DNA of 64,000 nucleotides from an uncultured Bacteroidia bacterium. Lineage in GTDB: Bacteria > Bacteroidota > Bacteroidia > NS11-12g > UBA955. The DNA is taken from the NCBI GenBank assembly GCA_943788195.1, contig CALSPH010000002.1, positions 526,004 to 590,003 on the forward strand, given 5' to 3'. A program made the translations under genes and the position numbers. Positions 47,922 through 58,511 of the stretch are shown piece by piece. Each line of letters begins with the position of its first letter. Position 1 is the stretch's first letter. A model generated the notes under the pieces. It was not told the origin of the DNA. It did not search any database and saw only the letters and a program-made list of their open reading frames with translations.

Positions 47922-49116
47922 GATACTTGCTTGCTTTAAACGCGGGATATATACTTGCCAAGACACCAATTACCAATACCGATACTAAACACAATATTAC
48001 ATCAATTAAGGCCACATGCATTGGGTAGCTTTCCACAATAGCTCCACTTATTTTAATAAAGCCGAAATGGATTTGAGCATAACAAAATGCTAAGCCAGAC
48101 ACTAATCCAATTAAAGCACCAATTGCCGATATCAACAATCCTTCATTAAAAAATATTTGGCGAACTTGTGTACTTTTCATTCCAATGCTCTTCATTAATT
48201 TAATATCTTGTTTCTTCTCAATTACCAACAAAGCAAGTGAGCCCGTTAGATTGAATGAAACGACAAGCAAGACAAATGCCAAAATGATAAATGTAAACCA
48301 CTTTTCCGTTTTAAACATTTTATATAAACCTTCGTGCAATCGATACCTTGTTTTAATGGAGTACGTATTCGCCCATTTCGATTCCAATTGAGCGATCACT
48401 TGGCTTTGATTTTTTTCATCTTTCAAGTAAATTTCGTAGGAGCTAATTTCCCCTTCATGCTCAAATAAGCTTTGAGCAGTAATCAAAGGAACCAGAATAT
48501 ATTTGCTATTTATGGCATCATCATAGGCAATTACCCCTACCGGTCGCACACTTTTTTGCTGAATGGCTTCGAGACTATTTATACTATAATCACCCCGTCT
48601 TGGTGCATTCATTTGGACAATACAATTGGGGTCTTCTACACGAGTACCCAATCCATAATCAACCCCCAAGCCCAAAAGGGCATAAGCACTATCTTCCGAT
48701 TTGAAACTAGGCACTTCGCCATCCGTTAGATGATTCTCAATAGCAGCTTGCTCAATGTAAGCTGGCTCAACCCCCTTTATCCGAGCGATATATTGAAAAT
48801 CGCCATATTGACAAGAAGCATTCTCTTCTAAGGTTCTACTGAACGTGGCTCCTTCTATTTGTGATAGCTCGTCTTCAAGGTCAGTGTTGTAGCCAATCAC
48901 CTTCCCTTTCAAAGGTTCAACTCGTATGGAAGGGGTAAAGTCATTGTACATACCAAACACCAACTTTTCAAAACCATTCATGGTAGATAGCACCACAATC
49001 ATCGCGAAAACACCTACGGCAAACCCAATTAAGGATACCCCTGCAATGATGTTGATTGCTTGGGTACTTTTCTTAGAGAACAAGTATCGTTTTGCTATGA
49101 AGAATGGTATTTTCAA
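47914..49116 (-). CDS. FtsX-like ABC transporter permease (LolC/LolE-like)
   Basis: 400 aa. One TM segment, a large periplasmic domain, then three C-terminal TM segments. This is the MacB/LolE architecture. Confidence 0.8.
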   Translation of the reverse strand: MKIPFFIAKRYLFSKKSTQAINIIAGVSLIGFAVGVFAMIVVLSTMNGFEKLVFGMYNDFTPSIRVEPLKGKVIGYNTDLEDELSQIEGATFSRTLEENASCQYGDFQYIARIKGVEPAYIEQAAIENHLTDGEVPSFKSEDSAYALLGLGVDYGLGTRVEDPNCIVQMNAPRRGDYSINSLEAIQQKSVRPVGVIAYDDAINSKYILVPLITAQSLFEHEGEISSYEIYLKDEKNQSQVIAQLESKWANTYSIKTRYRLHEGLYKMFKTEKWFTFIILAFVLLVVSFNLTGSLALLVIEKKQDIKLMKSIGMKSTQVRQIFFNEGLLISAIGALIGLVSGLAFCYAQIHFGFIKISGAIVESYPMHVALIDVILCLVSVLVIGVLASIYPAFKASKYHA

Positions 49117-49122
49117 ATTAGT

Positions 49123-49518
49123 CTAATTGAGCCAAACCCGATCTTTCCCTACAAATTTTGGTGCTTGAATGCTATATAACGTAAGTGGTTTTCTCCCTAT
49201 CACGATTACGGCATGAACTGTTCCTTTTGGAATCAATATGGTTTGCCCTTTCTTTATTTTAAATGAAGAATCTCCCAAGGTTAGTATGCCTTTACCGCCT
49301 AATATCACTATGGTCTCGGTATGATTCAAATGTTTATGCAGTTTTACATCTTGCTTTACCGCAATAAAAAAGATTGAACTTAACGAATCTGAATGCATTA
49401 ATTTCACATATACATTTTCAATAGAATCTGGTATGGTTTGCGGAGTAAGGTGCTGTGATTTCAAGTTGCTAGATATCAAACCAAACATCATGATTATGAC
49501 TCCTAATCTGATTTTCAT
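49123..49518 (-). CDS. Secreted cupin domain protein
   Basis: Signal peptide plus a cupin-like core (HKHLNHTETIVILGGKG...IPKGTVHAV). Confidence 0.7.
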   Translation of the reverse strand: MKIRLGVIIMMFGLISSNLKSQHLTPQTIPDSIENVYVKLMHSDSLSSIFFIAVKQDVKLHKHLNHTETIVILGGKGILTLGDSSFKIKKGQTILIPKGTVHAVIVIGRKPLTLYSIQAPKFVGKDRVWLN

Positions 49519-49527
49519 AAAATTTGC

Positions 49528-50607
49528 TTACAAAGAGAAATTCATTTTAAATCGCTCCGGTTTAAGTTCCGAAAATTTCAAAAAATTCGCCTTCATATCC
49601 TCATTTTCATTTCTTCGGTAACAAATACTCAAAGCTTCGAACAGTGCGGTCATGAAACTGGTGACCGAAGCGGTTCCTTTTCCTGCAATATCAAATGCAG
49701 TTCCATGATCTGGGCTGGTTCGAATAATGGATAAGCCTGCTGTATAATTGATGCCATCTTCAAAAGCAATATATTTAAAGGGAATCAAACCTTGATCATG
49801 ATACATGGCTAAAACTGCATCAAACTGGGTAAAAATGCGATTGCCAAAGAAGCCATCTGCTGGGTAGGGTCCGAAAATGAGTTTGCCTTCTGATTTAAGT
49901 TGCTCAATGGCAGGTTGAATAATCGTAGACTCCTCTTCACCCATAGTCCCTTTATCCCCATTATGCGGATTTAATCCCAATACCGCAATTTTCGGTTTAA
50001 CCACCGAAAAATCTTTCACTAAGGTATCATAAAGCATATTGGCTTTGCTGATGATCAATTCGGTATTTAAGCTAGCAGCAACATCCGTGAGTGCTAAATG
50101 TTCTGTAACTAAACCTACCTTTAACTCATCTGAGCTCAATAGCATCATGTAATCTTCTACTTCAAATTGCTCCGCTAAATACCCTGTATGTCCTGTAAAT
50201 TTTGAGCCTTCTATTTCGATAGTTCCTTTGTCAAGTGGAGCGGTAACCAGTGCTTGCAATTTCCCTTCGGTTGCTTGCTCAGTCATTTTTTGAAGTGCTT
50301 GAAAAGCTTCTTTCCCCGCATCCTGACTTGAGGTGCCCGGTTGAAGATTAAAGTCTTTGTTGCCGGTTGCAACCAGGTTAATTTCATCTTGTTTTGCCTC
50401 GCTGGCATCCTTGATTAGATTAAACCTAAAATCCTTGATTTCATATTGCTTGCAATAAGCAATAAAGACGGCTGGATTTCCATAGACAATGGGTACAAAA
50501 TACTTGCGCAAGGATTCATGTCGCAAGGTTTTAATAATGATTTCTGGACCAACACCATTTGGGTCGCCCATGGAAATACCCACATTTAATATTGATTTTG
50601 AACTCAT
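49528..50607 (-). CDS. pdxA: 4-hydroxythreonine-4-phosphate dehydrogenase
   Basis: GISMGDPNGVGPEI N-terminus, GHTGYLA and TSPDHGTAFDIAGKG motifs. Confidence 0.92.
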   Translation of the reverse strand: MSSKSILNVGISMGDPNGVGPEIIIKTLRHESLRKYFVPIVYGNPAVFIAYCKQYEIKDFRFNLIKDASEAKQDEINLVATGNKDFNLQPGTSSQDAGKEAFQALQKMTEQATEGKLQALVTAPLDKGTIEIEGSKFTGHTGYLAEQFEVEDYMMLLSSDELKVGLVTEHLALTDVAASLNTELIISKANMLYDTLVKDFSVVKPKIAVLGLNPHNGDKGTMGEEESTIIQPAIEQLKSEGKLIFGPYPADGFFGNRIFTQFDAVLAMYHDQGLIPFKYIAFEDGINYTAGLSIIRTSPDHGTAFDIAGKGTASVTSFMTALFEALSICYRRNENEDMKANFLKFSELKPERFKMNFSL

Positions 50608-52058
50608 ATCTTATAAAATGATTTAAGATAGTTGTACAACAATCGTACCCCTACTCCGGTTCCACCCGCTGGGCGGTATGCAGATGCTTTACTCAAAAAA
50701 GAAGGCCCTGCGATATCTACATGAACCCATGGGTAATCTGTAAAATGTTTTAGAAATTGCCCTGCACTTTGCGCGCCCGCCTCGGATTTTCCCAAATTGG
50801 TCATATCTGCAATATTGGACTTTAGTTCATCTCTATACTCAGGCCATAACGGGAATTCAACCACACGTTCATAGGTATCGTCTCCGCTCTCCCTCATTTG
50901 ATCAAAAGTCTCTTTTGGCGCTGTGCCCATAATTGCAGAGCCATATTCCCCGATTGCTCGAACTGCTGCTCCTGTCAATGTGGCAAAATCAAACACCATC
51001 TCTGGCTTGTATTTTTTGGCATAATGCAACGCATCTGCAAGAATAAGTCTGCCCTCGGCATCTGTGTTCATTATTTCTACTGTAGTCTTGTCAAACATGG
51101 TAATCACATCTCCTGGCGCATAGGCATCTTTCCCCACCCAATTATCAGTTGAAGGCACCAAACCAACCACATGCAATGGAAGTTTGTTTTTAGCAATCAC
51201 ATACATCAATCCACCAACCGTAGCAGCACCGTGCATATCACATTTCATGGATGCCATACCCGGCATAGTTTTTAAACTCAGACCACCTGTGTCATACACA
51301 ATCCCTTTCCCTACCAGCACAATGGGTTTTTTGTTTTTTGCCTTTTTGGGCTTCCACTCCATGATACTAAAAGTTGGGGCAAAGCTACTGCCCTGATTTA
51401 CTGCCAGGATACCTCCCATTTTCATGGATTCTATTTGAGCTTCAGTAAGTACATTGATTGAGAATCCAGCTTCCTTTGATAAATTAATAAAGCTATCTGC
51501 TAGATCTTCGGCCGTTTGATTCCGTTGTGGCCAATTTACCAAATCTCGCGTATGGTTAACCGCATCACTAAGATTTACAATTTCCTCGATGTAACTATTC
51601 GGCATAGCGCCTTCGTCCAATGCGATTTGCTGTAGACTGTTTTGATGCTCTTCTGGTTTTGATTTTAAAAAGTTGAATTGGTACGAAGCAAGCAGAACAG
51701 CCTCCAATACCACTCCTTTTTGATATTTGGTAACCGTGTCATCAAATTTGATGTAAATCTCCTCTTGTTTATACCCATTAAACTTAGCGACAGCCTCAGT
51801 TGCATGAGCTCTCAATTGCTCAATTTCAGCTGAATTTTTGCTCGACTTCTTAATTTGAAGGCCTACTTTAATTTGTCCGTTGTGATAGTTTTCAACAAGC
51901 TTGTTCTCCCTTTTAGACACTAGGTCACCAAATAGTTTTTCAAGGCTTGCAACACTATTGGATACAAAGAGTTGGGCTTTAATTTTGGTATTGTTTTTTC
52001 TTACTTTAATATTCAGCATTCTATCGGCAAAGCTAAGTTTTTTGACCTGCAAGGGCAA
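50604..52058 (-). CDS. pepA: Leucyl aminopeptidase (M17 family)
   Basis: VGKGIVYDTGG and NTDAEGRLILADAL signature motifs. An internal ATG at 52019 is an alternative start. Confidence 0.92.
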   Translation of the reverse strand: MPLQVKKLSFADRMLNIKVRKNNTKIKAQLFVSNSVASLEKLFGDLVSKRENKLVENYHNGQIKVGLQIKKSSKNSAEIEQLRAHATEAVAKFNGYKQEEIYIKFDDTVTKYQKGVVLEAVLLASYQFNFLKSKPEEHQNSLQQIALDEGAMPNSYIEEIVNLSDAVNHTRDLVNWPQRNQTAEDLADSFINLSKEAGFSINVLTEAQIESMKMGGILAVNQGSSFAPTFSIMEWKPKKAKNKKPIVLVGKGIVYDTGGLSLKTMPGMASMKCDMHGAATVGGLMYVIAKNKLPLHVVGLVPSTDNWVGKDAYAPGDVITMFDKTTVEIMNTDAEGRLILADALHYAKKYKPEMVFDFATLTGAAVRAIGEYGSAIMGTAPKETFDQMRESGDDTYERVVEFPLWPEYRDELKSNIADMTNLGKSEAGAQSAGQFLKHFTDYPWVHVDIAGPSFLSKASAYRPAGGTGVGVRLLYNYLKSFYKI

Positions 52059-52087
52059 TGGGTTTTTTTAAAATTCGAATTAAGCGG

Positions 52088-52095
52088 TACTTTTG
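52088..52095 (+). promoter_or_regulatory. -7 promoter box TACTTTTG upstream of the glycan ABC-transporter module
   Basis: Exact TAnnTTTG match 30 nt upstream of ATG 52126. Confidence 0.4.
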
Positions 52096-52125
52096 CGTGA
52101 AATTACCGAAGAGAAAACCATTTAA

Positions 52126-52908
52126 ATGTCGCTTACCTCCATTACCAATAAAGGATTTACCAATGCTGTGGTTAGCCTAGCAGTTAAGACCTTAAAGGTG
52201 CGTTATAAAAACTCGCTGATTGGCATTTTCTGGAGTATGCTCAATCCATTGCTCTTTTTGGTAATTCTTTACATTGTTTTTAGTCAATTTGCGAAAGGTT
52301 CTGATGCTAGTTTAAATTACCCTTTATATGCATTAAGTGGTTTAATTTTTTGGAATTTCATTTCCGCATCTATTCTGCAGGTGCTCACCTCATTCATCGA
52401 TAATGGGGATATTCTAAAATCGGTTAACCTAGATCCCATTGCTTTTCCATTTGCATCCATGCTGGCTGCCATTTTTAACCTCTTTCTTTCCTTTATCCCC
52501 TTTCTCGCCATATTGTATTTTCTAGACTATCAGCTGAGCTGGAGCATCCTGGCGGTAATTCCGTATGTACTCATCACCTCTGTTTTTGTAACTGGGTTGG
52601 GTATGCTATTGGGAACATTAAATGTATATTTCAGAGACATACAATTGCTTTGGACTACGTTGATGCCAGCCTTTTTCTATTTTACACCCATTGCCTATCC
52701 CCCATCGCTTATACCAGAAAAATTTCAATGGTTAATTAAAATTAATCCCTTTTACTTTTTTATTGATGCCGTGCATCAAATATTTCATGACGGTGAATTC
52801 CCAAGCATGGAAAACAGTATGGTTATGATTGGTTTAGCCGTTGGCTGTTATCTTCTAGGTTACATTGTTTTTATGCGATTGCGTAAAGGATTTATTTCAA
52901 ATATATGA
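52126..52908 (+). CDS. ABC-2 type polysaccharide/polyol-phosphate export permease (Wzm/TagG-like)
   Basis: 260 aa with 6 TM segments and ABC-2 family features. Overlaps the following ATPase gene by 4 nt. Confidence 0.85.
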   Translation: MSLTSITNKGFTNAVVSLAVKTLKVRYKNSLIGIFWSMLNPLLFLVILYIVFSQFAKGSDASLNYPLYALSGLIFWNFISASILQVLTSFIDNGDILKSVNLDPIAFPFASMLAAIFNLFLSFIPFLAILYFLDYQLSWSILAVIPYVLITSVFVTGLGMLLGTLNVYFRDIQLLWTTLMPAFFYFTPIAYPPSLIPEKFQWLIKINPFYFFIDAVHQIFHDGEFPSMENSMVMIGLAVGCYLLGYIVFMRLRKGFISNI

Positions 52909-53645
52909 GCCAGAAAAAAACCATGATAAAATTGTCGGATGTGGATATTGCTTTCCACATTCAAGAGAATGGTTTTGTCTCGCTCAAAGACTTTGCGCTC
53001 AATTTGGGTAAGCACAGTTTTTTAAAGAAAAAATATATTCTTAAAGATATTGACCTTGAAATATACGAGGGAGAATGTGTCGGCTTATTGGGCAAAAACG
53101 GATCAGGTAAAAGTACCTTATTGAGAACGCTTTCGGGTATCATCATACCCACCAAAGGAAAGATTGATATTAGAGGCAGTGTTGCCCCTTTATTGGGCTT
53201 AGGGGTAGGGTTAGAAAAAGAACTCAATGGCATAGAAAATATAAAATTGCTTTGTGCCTTAATGGGTATGACCAAGAAAGAGATCAAGGATTTAATGCCC
53301 GGCATTATTGAGTTCTCTGAATTAGGCGATGCAGTGAATTGGCAAGTAAAACGTTATAGTACGGGAATGACCAGTCGACTGGCATTTAGTATTGCCATTA
53401 TGAAAAACCCCGATATTTTATTGATTGATGAAGTGCTTTCCGTAGGCGATATCGGCTTTCAAAGAAAATGTCAGCGTAAAGTAGAAGAAATTATGAGTAA
53501 TGGCGCAACGGTTATCTTTGTATCCCATGCTTTTGAAGAAGTGCAGCGCATGTGTAATCGCGCAGTATTAATAAATGAAGGTTCTATTCAACTGGATGGC
53601 ACAGTAGATGAAGTTGGAAAACATTATCATAGCTTATTTGATTAA
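52905..53645 (+). CDS. Polysaccharide ABC transporter ATP-binding protein (Wzt/TagH-like, no C-terminal carbohydrate-binding domain)
   Basis: Walker A GKNGSGKST, signature YSTGMTSRL and Walker B ILLIDEVLSVGD. Only 246 aa. Confidence 0.9.
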   Translation: MSQKKTMIKLSDVDIAFHIQENGFVSLKDFALNLGKHSFLKKKYILKDIDLEIYEGECVGLLGKNGSGKSTLLRTLSGIIIPTKGKIDIRGSVAPLLGLGVGLEKELNGIENIKLLCALMGMTKKEIKDLMPGIIEFSELGDAVNWQVKRYSTGMTSRLAFSIAIMKNPDILLIDEVLSVGDIGFQRKCQRKVEEIMSNGATVIFVSHAFEEVQRMCNRAVLINEGSIQLDGTVDEVGKHYHSLFD

Positions 53646-55637
53646 ATGAATGCCGCCAAAAATACCGCCCCCAAGCCTGACAAGAAAAGAGAAAACTTGC
53701 AGCAGAAGGATTATGAAAAACTAATTCATGCAGTAAAAAACTACGAAAACAGAATCAAAGAAATCGAGGGCAGTATCTATTGGAAAACCTATCAGTTTTT
53801 CACCAAAACTAAATTAATTCTAACTAGCGATAGTTATCTAAAAAGTGATAAATGGCGATTTGTTCAACGTATTCGTTTCTTATTTTCAAGACCAGGGATG
53901 CTATTAATTCGCAAGTTTATTACCCAGCTCTTTAATCTTGTTTTCGGAAAATTAGCCAAGCTATTTAACAATAAAAAAGATCTAGTATCTGAACCATACG
54001 TTAAATATAAAGAAACCCATTTCCCAAGAGAAAATGATTTGAAGGAGATGAAAGCCAATTTGAAAAACATTGGACACAAACCGAGTATTAATATTCTCGC
54101 ATTTATCGGTGAGCAAAACTTCAAGTACCTCAATGAGTTTTTAAATGCGATCGAGCAACAAGTTTATACCAAATACCGGGTCACATTTGTCACGCATCAA
54201 CCCAATGACAAAATCAATTACACCCTCAATAAAGTAATAAAAAATGATGAAATTTATCAAATTATCCCTTACGCTGATTTAGGAACCCATCTTAAAAAAA
54301 TCAATGTAGATTATTGTTATTTAACATCGATATCTGCCATTCCAAGCCCAGATTGCTTGTATCATTACCTGTTGGAACTGAACCGTAATAAAAACGCGCG
54401 TTTCATCTATTCGGATAATGATCATGCACGGATTGCTGACCTAGCCAATAGTCATAATCCTTACTTTAAACCGGGCCTAAGCCCGCAAACTTTATGGTCT
54501 AGGAACTATATTGGTAATGCATTCCTCATAAAGCACAAGGATATGGTGGCCATGAATCTGCCTGAAACACCTAATATGTATGCCATGGCCTTGGCCGCTA
54601 CCCACAAAAATTCAAACGTGCGAAACATCCCAAAAGTTTTATATCATCAAATAGAACCCGAAGAGCTTTTGGTCACTGAAATTGAACAGAACCATCATTA
54701 TCTCAATGAACACCTCAAGGGTATTATTCCTGGTGCAATTGCCGATTTGTCTGGAGAATCTGCTGGATGCTTTGAACCCCGGTTCCCTATTCCTGTGGAA
54801 GAACCTTTAATCTCTATCATTATTCCATGTAAAAACAAAGGGGATATTTTAGATGTTTGCCTCAATTCTATTTTTGAAAAAAGCACCTATAAAAATTTCG
54901 AGGTAATTATCATTGATAATGGAAGCTCTGAAAAAAGCTTCTTTAGCACCGTGGCGTTATGGGAATACAATTACCCCACACGAGTAAGGTGTTATACCCT
55001 TGATATTCCGTTCAATTATTCAAAGCTGAACAATGAAGCTGTAAAACATGCCAATGGAGAATACTTATTGTTCCTAAATAACGATACGGAGCTCATATCA
55101 GAAGGCCTCATGGGCAGCTTGCTGCAGTTTGCGCAGCTCCCTGAAATTGGATTGGTAGGCCCTAAATTACTTTACCCAAACAATACAATCCAGCATGCTG
55201 GTATCGTCCTTAGCATAGATGAAACAGGCGCACACGTGTATTCGGGCTCGTATAAGGACACCGCAGGATACTTTAACAATACCAACTGCCTGACTAATTT
55301 TAGTGCGGTTACAGGCGCTTGTATGATGATTAAACGAAGTAAATTTGAAGAAGTAAAAGGCTTTGATGAATCGCTTGCCGTAGATTGCAATGACGTTGAA
55401 TTATGCTGTAGACTACTTGAAAAAGGATATTATAATCTCTATGTGCCTAATGTGAAAATGGTTCATTATGAATGTTTAACTAGAGGAAACCCAATGCTTT
55501 CTAAACGCAGTATGGTTAGACAACAAAAAGAAAAATCATACTTCATAGAAAAATGGGCTGACATTGTAGAAAACGACCCTTTTTATAACCCCAACCTATC
55601 TCGCAGTTCTAAATACTATTCCTTAGTTGATGAGTAA
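53646..55637 (+). CDS. Large family-2 glycosyltransferase: N-terminal coiled-coil region, a degenerate GT-like domain and a canonical GT2 domain
   Basis: Residues ~15-45 are heptad-like (KDYEKLIHAVKNYENRIKEIEGS). The second half holds LISIIIPCKNKGD...EVIIIDNGS...LFLNNDTE GT2 motifs. The start codon directly abuts the previous stop. Confidence 0.8.
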   Translation: MNAAKNTAPKPDKKRENLQQKDYEKLIHAVKNYENRIKEIEGSIYWKTYQFFTKTKLILTSDSYLKSDKWRFVQRIRFLFSRPGMLLIRKFITQLFNLVFGKLAKLFNNKKDLVSEPYVKYKETHFPRENDLKEMKANLKNIGHKPSINILAFIGEQNFKYLNEFLNAIEQQVYTKYRVTFVTHQPNDKINYTLNKVIKNDEIYQIIPYADLGTHLKKINVDYCYLTSISAIPSPDCLYHYLLELNRNKNARFIYSDNDHARIADLANSHNPYFKPGLSPQTLWSRNYIGNAFLIKHKDMVAMNLPETPNMYAMALAATHKNSNVRNIPKVLYHQIEPEELLVTEIEQNHHYLNEHLKGIIPGAIADLSGESAGCFEPRFPIPVEEPLISIIIPCKNKGDILDVCLNSIFEKSTYKNFEVIIIDNGSSEKSFFSTVALWEYNYPTRVRCYTLDIPFNYSKLNNEAVKHANGEYLLFLNNDTELISEGLMGSLLQFAQLPEIGLVGPKLLYPNNTIQHAGIVLSIDETGAHVYSGSYKDTAGYFNNTNCLTNFSAVTGACMMIKRSKFEEVKGFDESLAVDCNDVELCCRLLEKGYYNLYVPNVKMVHYECLTRGNPMLSKRSMVRQQKEKSYFIEKWADIVENDPFYNPNLSRSSKYYSLVDE

Positions 55638-57756
55638 CAAAAAGCCCCTTATTAGCATTGTAATACCTGTTCACAATACCGGTGACTTATTATATCAGAC
55701 ACTTGATTCCGTTTGTTCCCAAAATATTGATTTGAAGCAGATTGAAACTATCATAATTGATGATGCTTCAAACGACAAACGAACGAAGGAGATTATTGCC
55801 GAACTGCGTGAAAAATCCAGTTATAAAGACCTGGACTTAAAAGTGCTTCAAAATGAGACCAACCTATGGGTAAGTGAGAGTCGAAACATTGCCGTAAAAG
55901 AAGCTTCAGGAAAGTATTTGGTATTATTGGACAGCGATGATATTCTGACTCCAGACTATCTAAGTCTATCGTATGTCACCTTAAAATCTTTCCCTAAAGC
56001 TTCATGGGTTTACCCAAGTGTCATCAAGTTTGGGTTTAGAAACTGCGTTGATATTGCCCCCAATTACTCTGCAAAGAACCTATTGGTAGAAAACTATTGC
56101 GTGGTAACTTCCATGATGAAAATGGAACTTTGGGAAGAACTGAAAGGACACCGTTTCACCAAATTATCCAATGGCTTACATTTACATGAAGATTGGGATT
56201 TTTGGCAGCGTGCACTTAAAAAAGGTCGGTTTGGGGTTCCATTAAAAAAACCTGTATTTAAATATCGGCAAAGATTGCGTTCTAATATTACCCGTAATGA
56301 CGAGGAAAGCAACGTAACTACCCTACTCTCTATACGTAAGAATTGGCGTGCATTTTTTGGTGTACCCAGATCCCAAAAACTCTTTAAAGAAAACGATAAA
56401 CATACCGAACGGGCAGGAACACTCCAGCGGATTTTTCAAAAAGTAGCGCGGGTATTTTTCAATCGATCACCCAAAAGAATTGCGATTAAAGACACCTTTT
56501 TATACCTGGTTTCACCCAAATTATTCGCCAAAAAGAGATTGTCTAGTAAGACAATGAAAACAAAGGCGCATACGATGGCAGGGTTCATTTCTAAATTCCC
56601 ATATAGACCCAGCAAAGAGATTGAGCTACAAATACCCCAGAAATCGGACAAGAAAATCCTCGTAACGCATTATTTCTGGCATTTAGGTGGCGCGGAAAAA
56701 ATACTACTCAGCTACATTGAGGTTTTGCATAAAGCGGGTTATGAAATAATCGATGTAGTAGTTAATGGAAAAGATAAGGGTGCTGAATACAAAACTGATT
56801 TTGGTGAGTATGCGTCACGTCAATATGATTTATCTGAGATTTCTGACGAGCACCAGTATCCTAAATTAAATGCGCTTTGGGAGATTTTTAAAATTGAAAA
56901 CCCAACCTGCGTTTTAAATATGAGTAACCCGTTCACGTATTTAATTTCTGAGCAAATACGCGAATTCAATCCAAATATCTCGGTTGTAGATCTCATTCAT
57001 AACGAAGAATTTAACGATAGTGGATGGTTTGGAGCTGCAGAAAGTTTTCAGAATTTTTTAACCAAGCGAATTGTTACCAGTGATTTTTGGAAAGAAGTAT
57101 TGATCCAAAAATATGGGGAACCGGATGAAAAAGTCATCGTGATAAAAAATCCGATTGATTATACGGATAAATTTATTCCTCGACCTAAACTAAGAGAAGA
57201 GTTACGTAGTTTTTATAAGATACCGGAAGGGGTAATGGTCATTGGATTCTTAGGTAGAATTGATGTTCAAAAACAACCCCATCTTTTTATTCACCTTGCC
57301 AAGAAGTTAATCTATCGTGATGATTTGAAATTCGTTATGGTAGGCGATGGGCTATTACTCAAAGAATATGAGAGTCAAATTAGTGGTCTATCCAATTTAA
57401 TTCATTTACCGGCTACGTCAACGCCTGAACGCATGTTCAACTTATTTGATGTTGCGGTTTTCCCAAGCCTATATGAAGGATACCCTATGGTTGGTTTGGA
57501 AACCGCTTCACTTAACATTCCGATGATTGCACCAAGTATCAATGGTTTCAGAGAACAGGTTGAAGACGGGAATTTTGGCATTACTTATGCCCCAGACAAT
57601 ACCCTTGCTGACGTTACACGTATCATTGATATTATTGAAAACAGATTGGATGAATTGCTGTCGAAAGGAAAGAATGGACGTCCATTTGTTAATGAACACC
57701 ACAATTCAGAATTCCTGAATGCACATATCTTAGATACCTTTAATTCGTTTCACTAG
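55630..57756 (+). CDS. Bifunctional glycosyltransferase (N-terminal GT2 domain fused to C-terminal GT4/GT1-type domain)
   Basis: GT2 motifs: LISIVIPVHNTGD...IIIDDASND...LLDSDD. GT4-type EX7E region: EGYPMVGLETASLNIPMIAPSINGFREQVEDG. The ATG overlaps the upstream stop (ATGAGTAA). Confidence 0.85.
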   Translation: MSNKKPLISIVIPVHNTGDLLYQTLDSVCSQNIDLKQIETIIIDDASNDKRTKEIIAELREKSSYKDLDLKVLQNETNLWVSESRNIAVKEASGKYLVLLDSDDILTPDYLSLSYVTLKSFPKASWVYPSVIKFGFRNCVDIAPNYSAKNLLVENYCVVTSMMKMELWEELKGHRFTKLSNGLHLHEDWDFWQRALKKGRFGVPLKKPVFKYRQRLRSNITRNDEESNVTTLLSIRKNWRAFFGVPRSQKLFKENDKHTERAGTLQRIFQKVARVFFNRSPKRIAIKDTFLYLVSPKLFAKKRLSSKTMKTKAHTMAGFISKFPYRPSKEIELQIPQKSDKKILVTHYFWHLGGAEKILLSYIEVLHKAGYEIIDVVVNGKDKGAEYKTDFGEYASRQYDLSEISDEHQYPKLNALWEIFKIENPTCVLNMSNPFTYLISEQIREFNPNISVVDLIHNEEFNDSGWFGAAESFQNFLTKRIVTSDFWKEVLIQKYGEPDEKVIVIKNPIDYTDKFIPRPKLREELRSFYKIPEGVMVIGFLGRIDVQKQPHLFIHLAKKLIYRDDLKFVMVGDGLLLKEYESQISGLSNLIHLPATSTPERMFNLFDVAVFPSLYEGYPMVGLETASLNIPMIAPSINGFREQVEDGNFGITYAPDNTLADVTRIIDIIENRLDELLSKGKNGRPFVNEHHNSEFLNAHILDTFNSFH

Positions 57757-58510
57757 CTGTAAGCGAAAGCGCAGCGGCCACTGCTCCATTCACACTGGCG
57801 TAGGTCAATCCAAAAACGGGAATGAAGTTCAATAACCACATCCCCAGACCGATACCGATTGCCGTTTTCTTGTTTTTTCGGATATACCGAATACTCTCTT
57901 TTACATTCATTCGTTTCCGTTCGCTTACATAATCCATCATGGAAAAACCATAAAAGTAGGACCCAGCGTATAAGTTAACACCGAATAAGATCGGTGATAA
58001 GAAAGGAACAAAAATGCCCAGGATTAAGCAAAATAAATTAATACTTAACTCATAAACCATATTTCTTATGCTAATCAATACACCACGCCAGGCATCGCTT
58101 AGTATTTGCAATAAACCTGTGTTATACTCTGTTCCCGCCTTAATCTTTTCTGTTTTTTCAGAAATATATGCGAACCATGGAGAGAGCAACGCCAATAAGA
58201 TGTATTTGACGATGATCATGGAGATGAAAAACACGCCTATGGTTAGACTTACTTTAAAAAACCCTTTAATCCAATTAAGTACTTTCCCCCACCAATCATC
58301 TGCATGCGTACCTAGGAAGGAATCGATACCCCATTTCTGCATCAACCAATCCATCCCTATTTGGGTATACTCCTGAGTAAACTGAAATAAGAAATAATAC
58401 GAAACCAAACTGACCAAAAAAGGAATGATGTAAAAATAGTAAAGCCTATTTTTTCGTATAAATTTGCTGGCACTAAAAAAACCTGTAAAAGACTGAACAA
58501 AAGAATGCAT
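57740..58510 (-). CDS. EI24/CysZ-like polytopic membrane protein
   Basis: Membrane protein of about 256 aa with 4-5 TM segments. The family label is recalled and carries low certainty. The start is ATG 58510 or 58546. The 3' end overlaps the convergent GT gene by 17 nt. Confidence 0.6.
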   Translation of the reverse strand: MHSFVQSFTGFFSASKFIRKNRLYYFYIIPFLVSLVSYYFLFQFTQEYTQIGMDWLMQKWGIDSFLGTHADDWWGKVLNWIKGFFKVSLTIGVFFISMIIVKYILLALLSPWFAYISEKTEKIKAGTEYNTGLLQILSDAWRGVLISIRNMVYELSINLFCLILGIFVPFLSPILFGVNLYAGSYFYGFSMMDYVSERKRMNVKESIRYIRKNKKTAIGIGLGMWLLNFIPVFGLTYASVNGAVAAALSLTASETN

Positions 58511-58511
58511 T

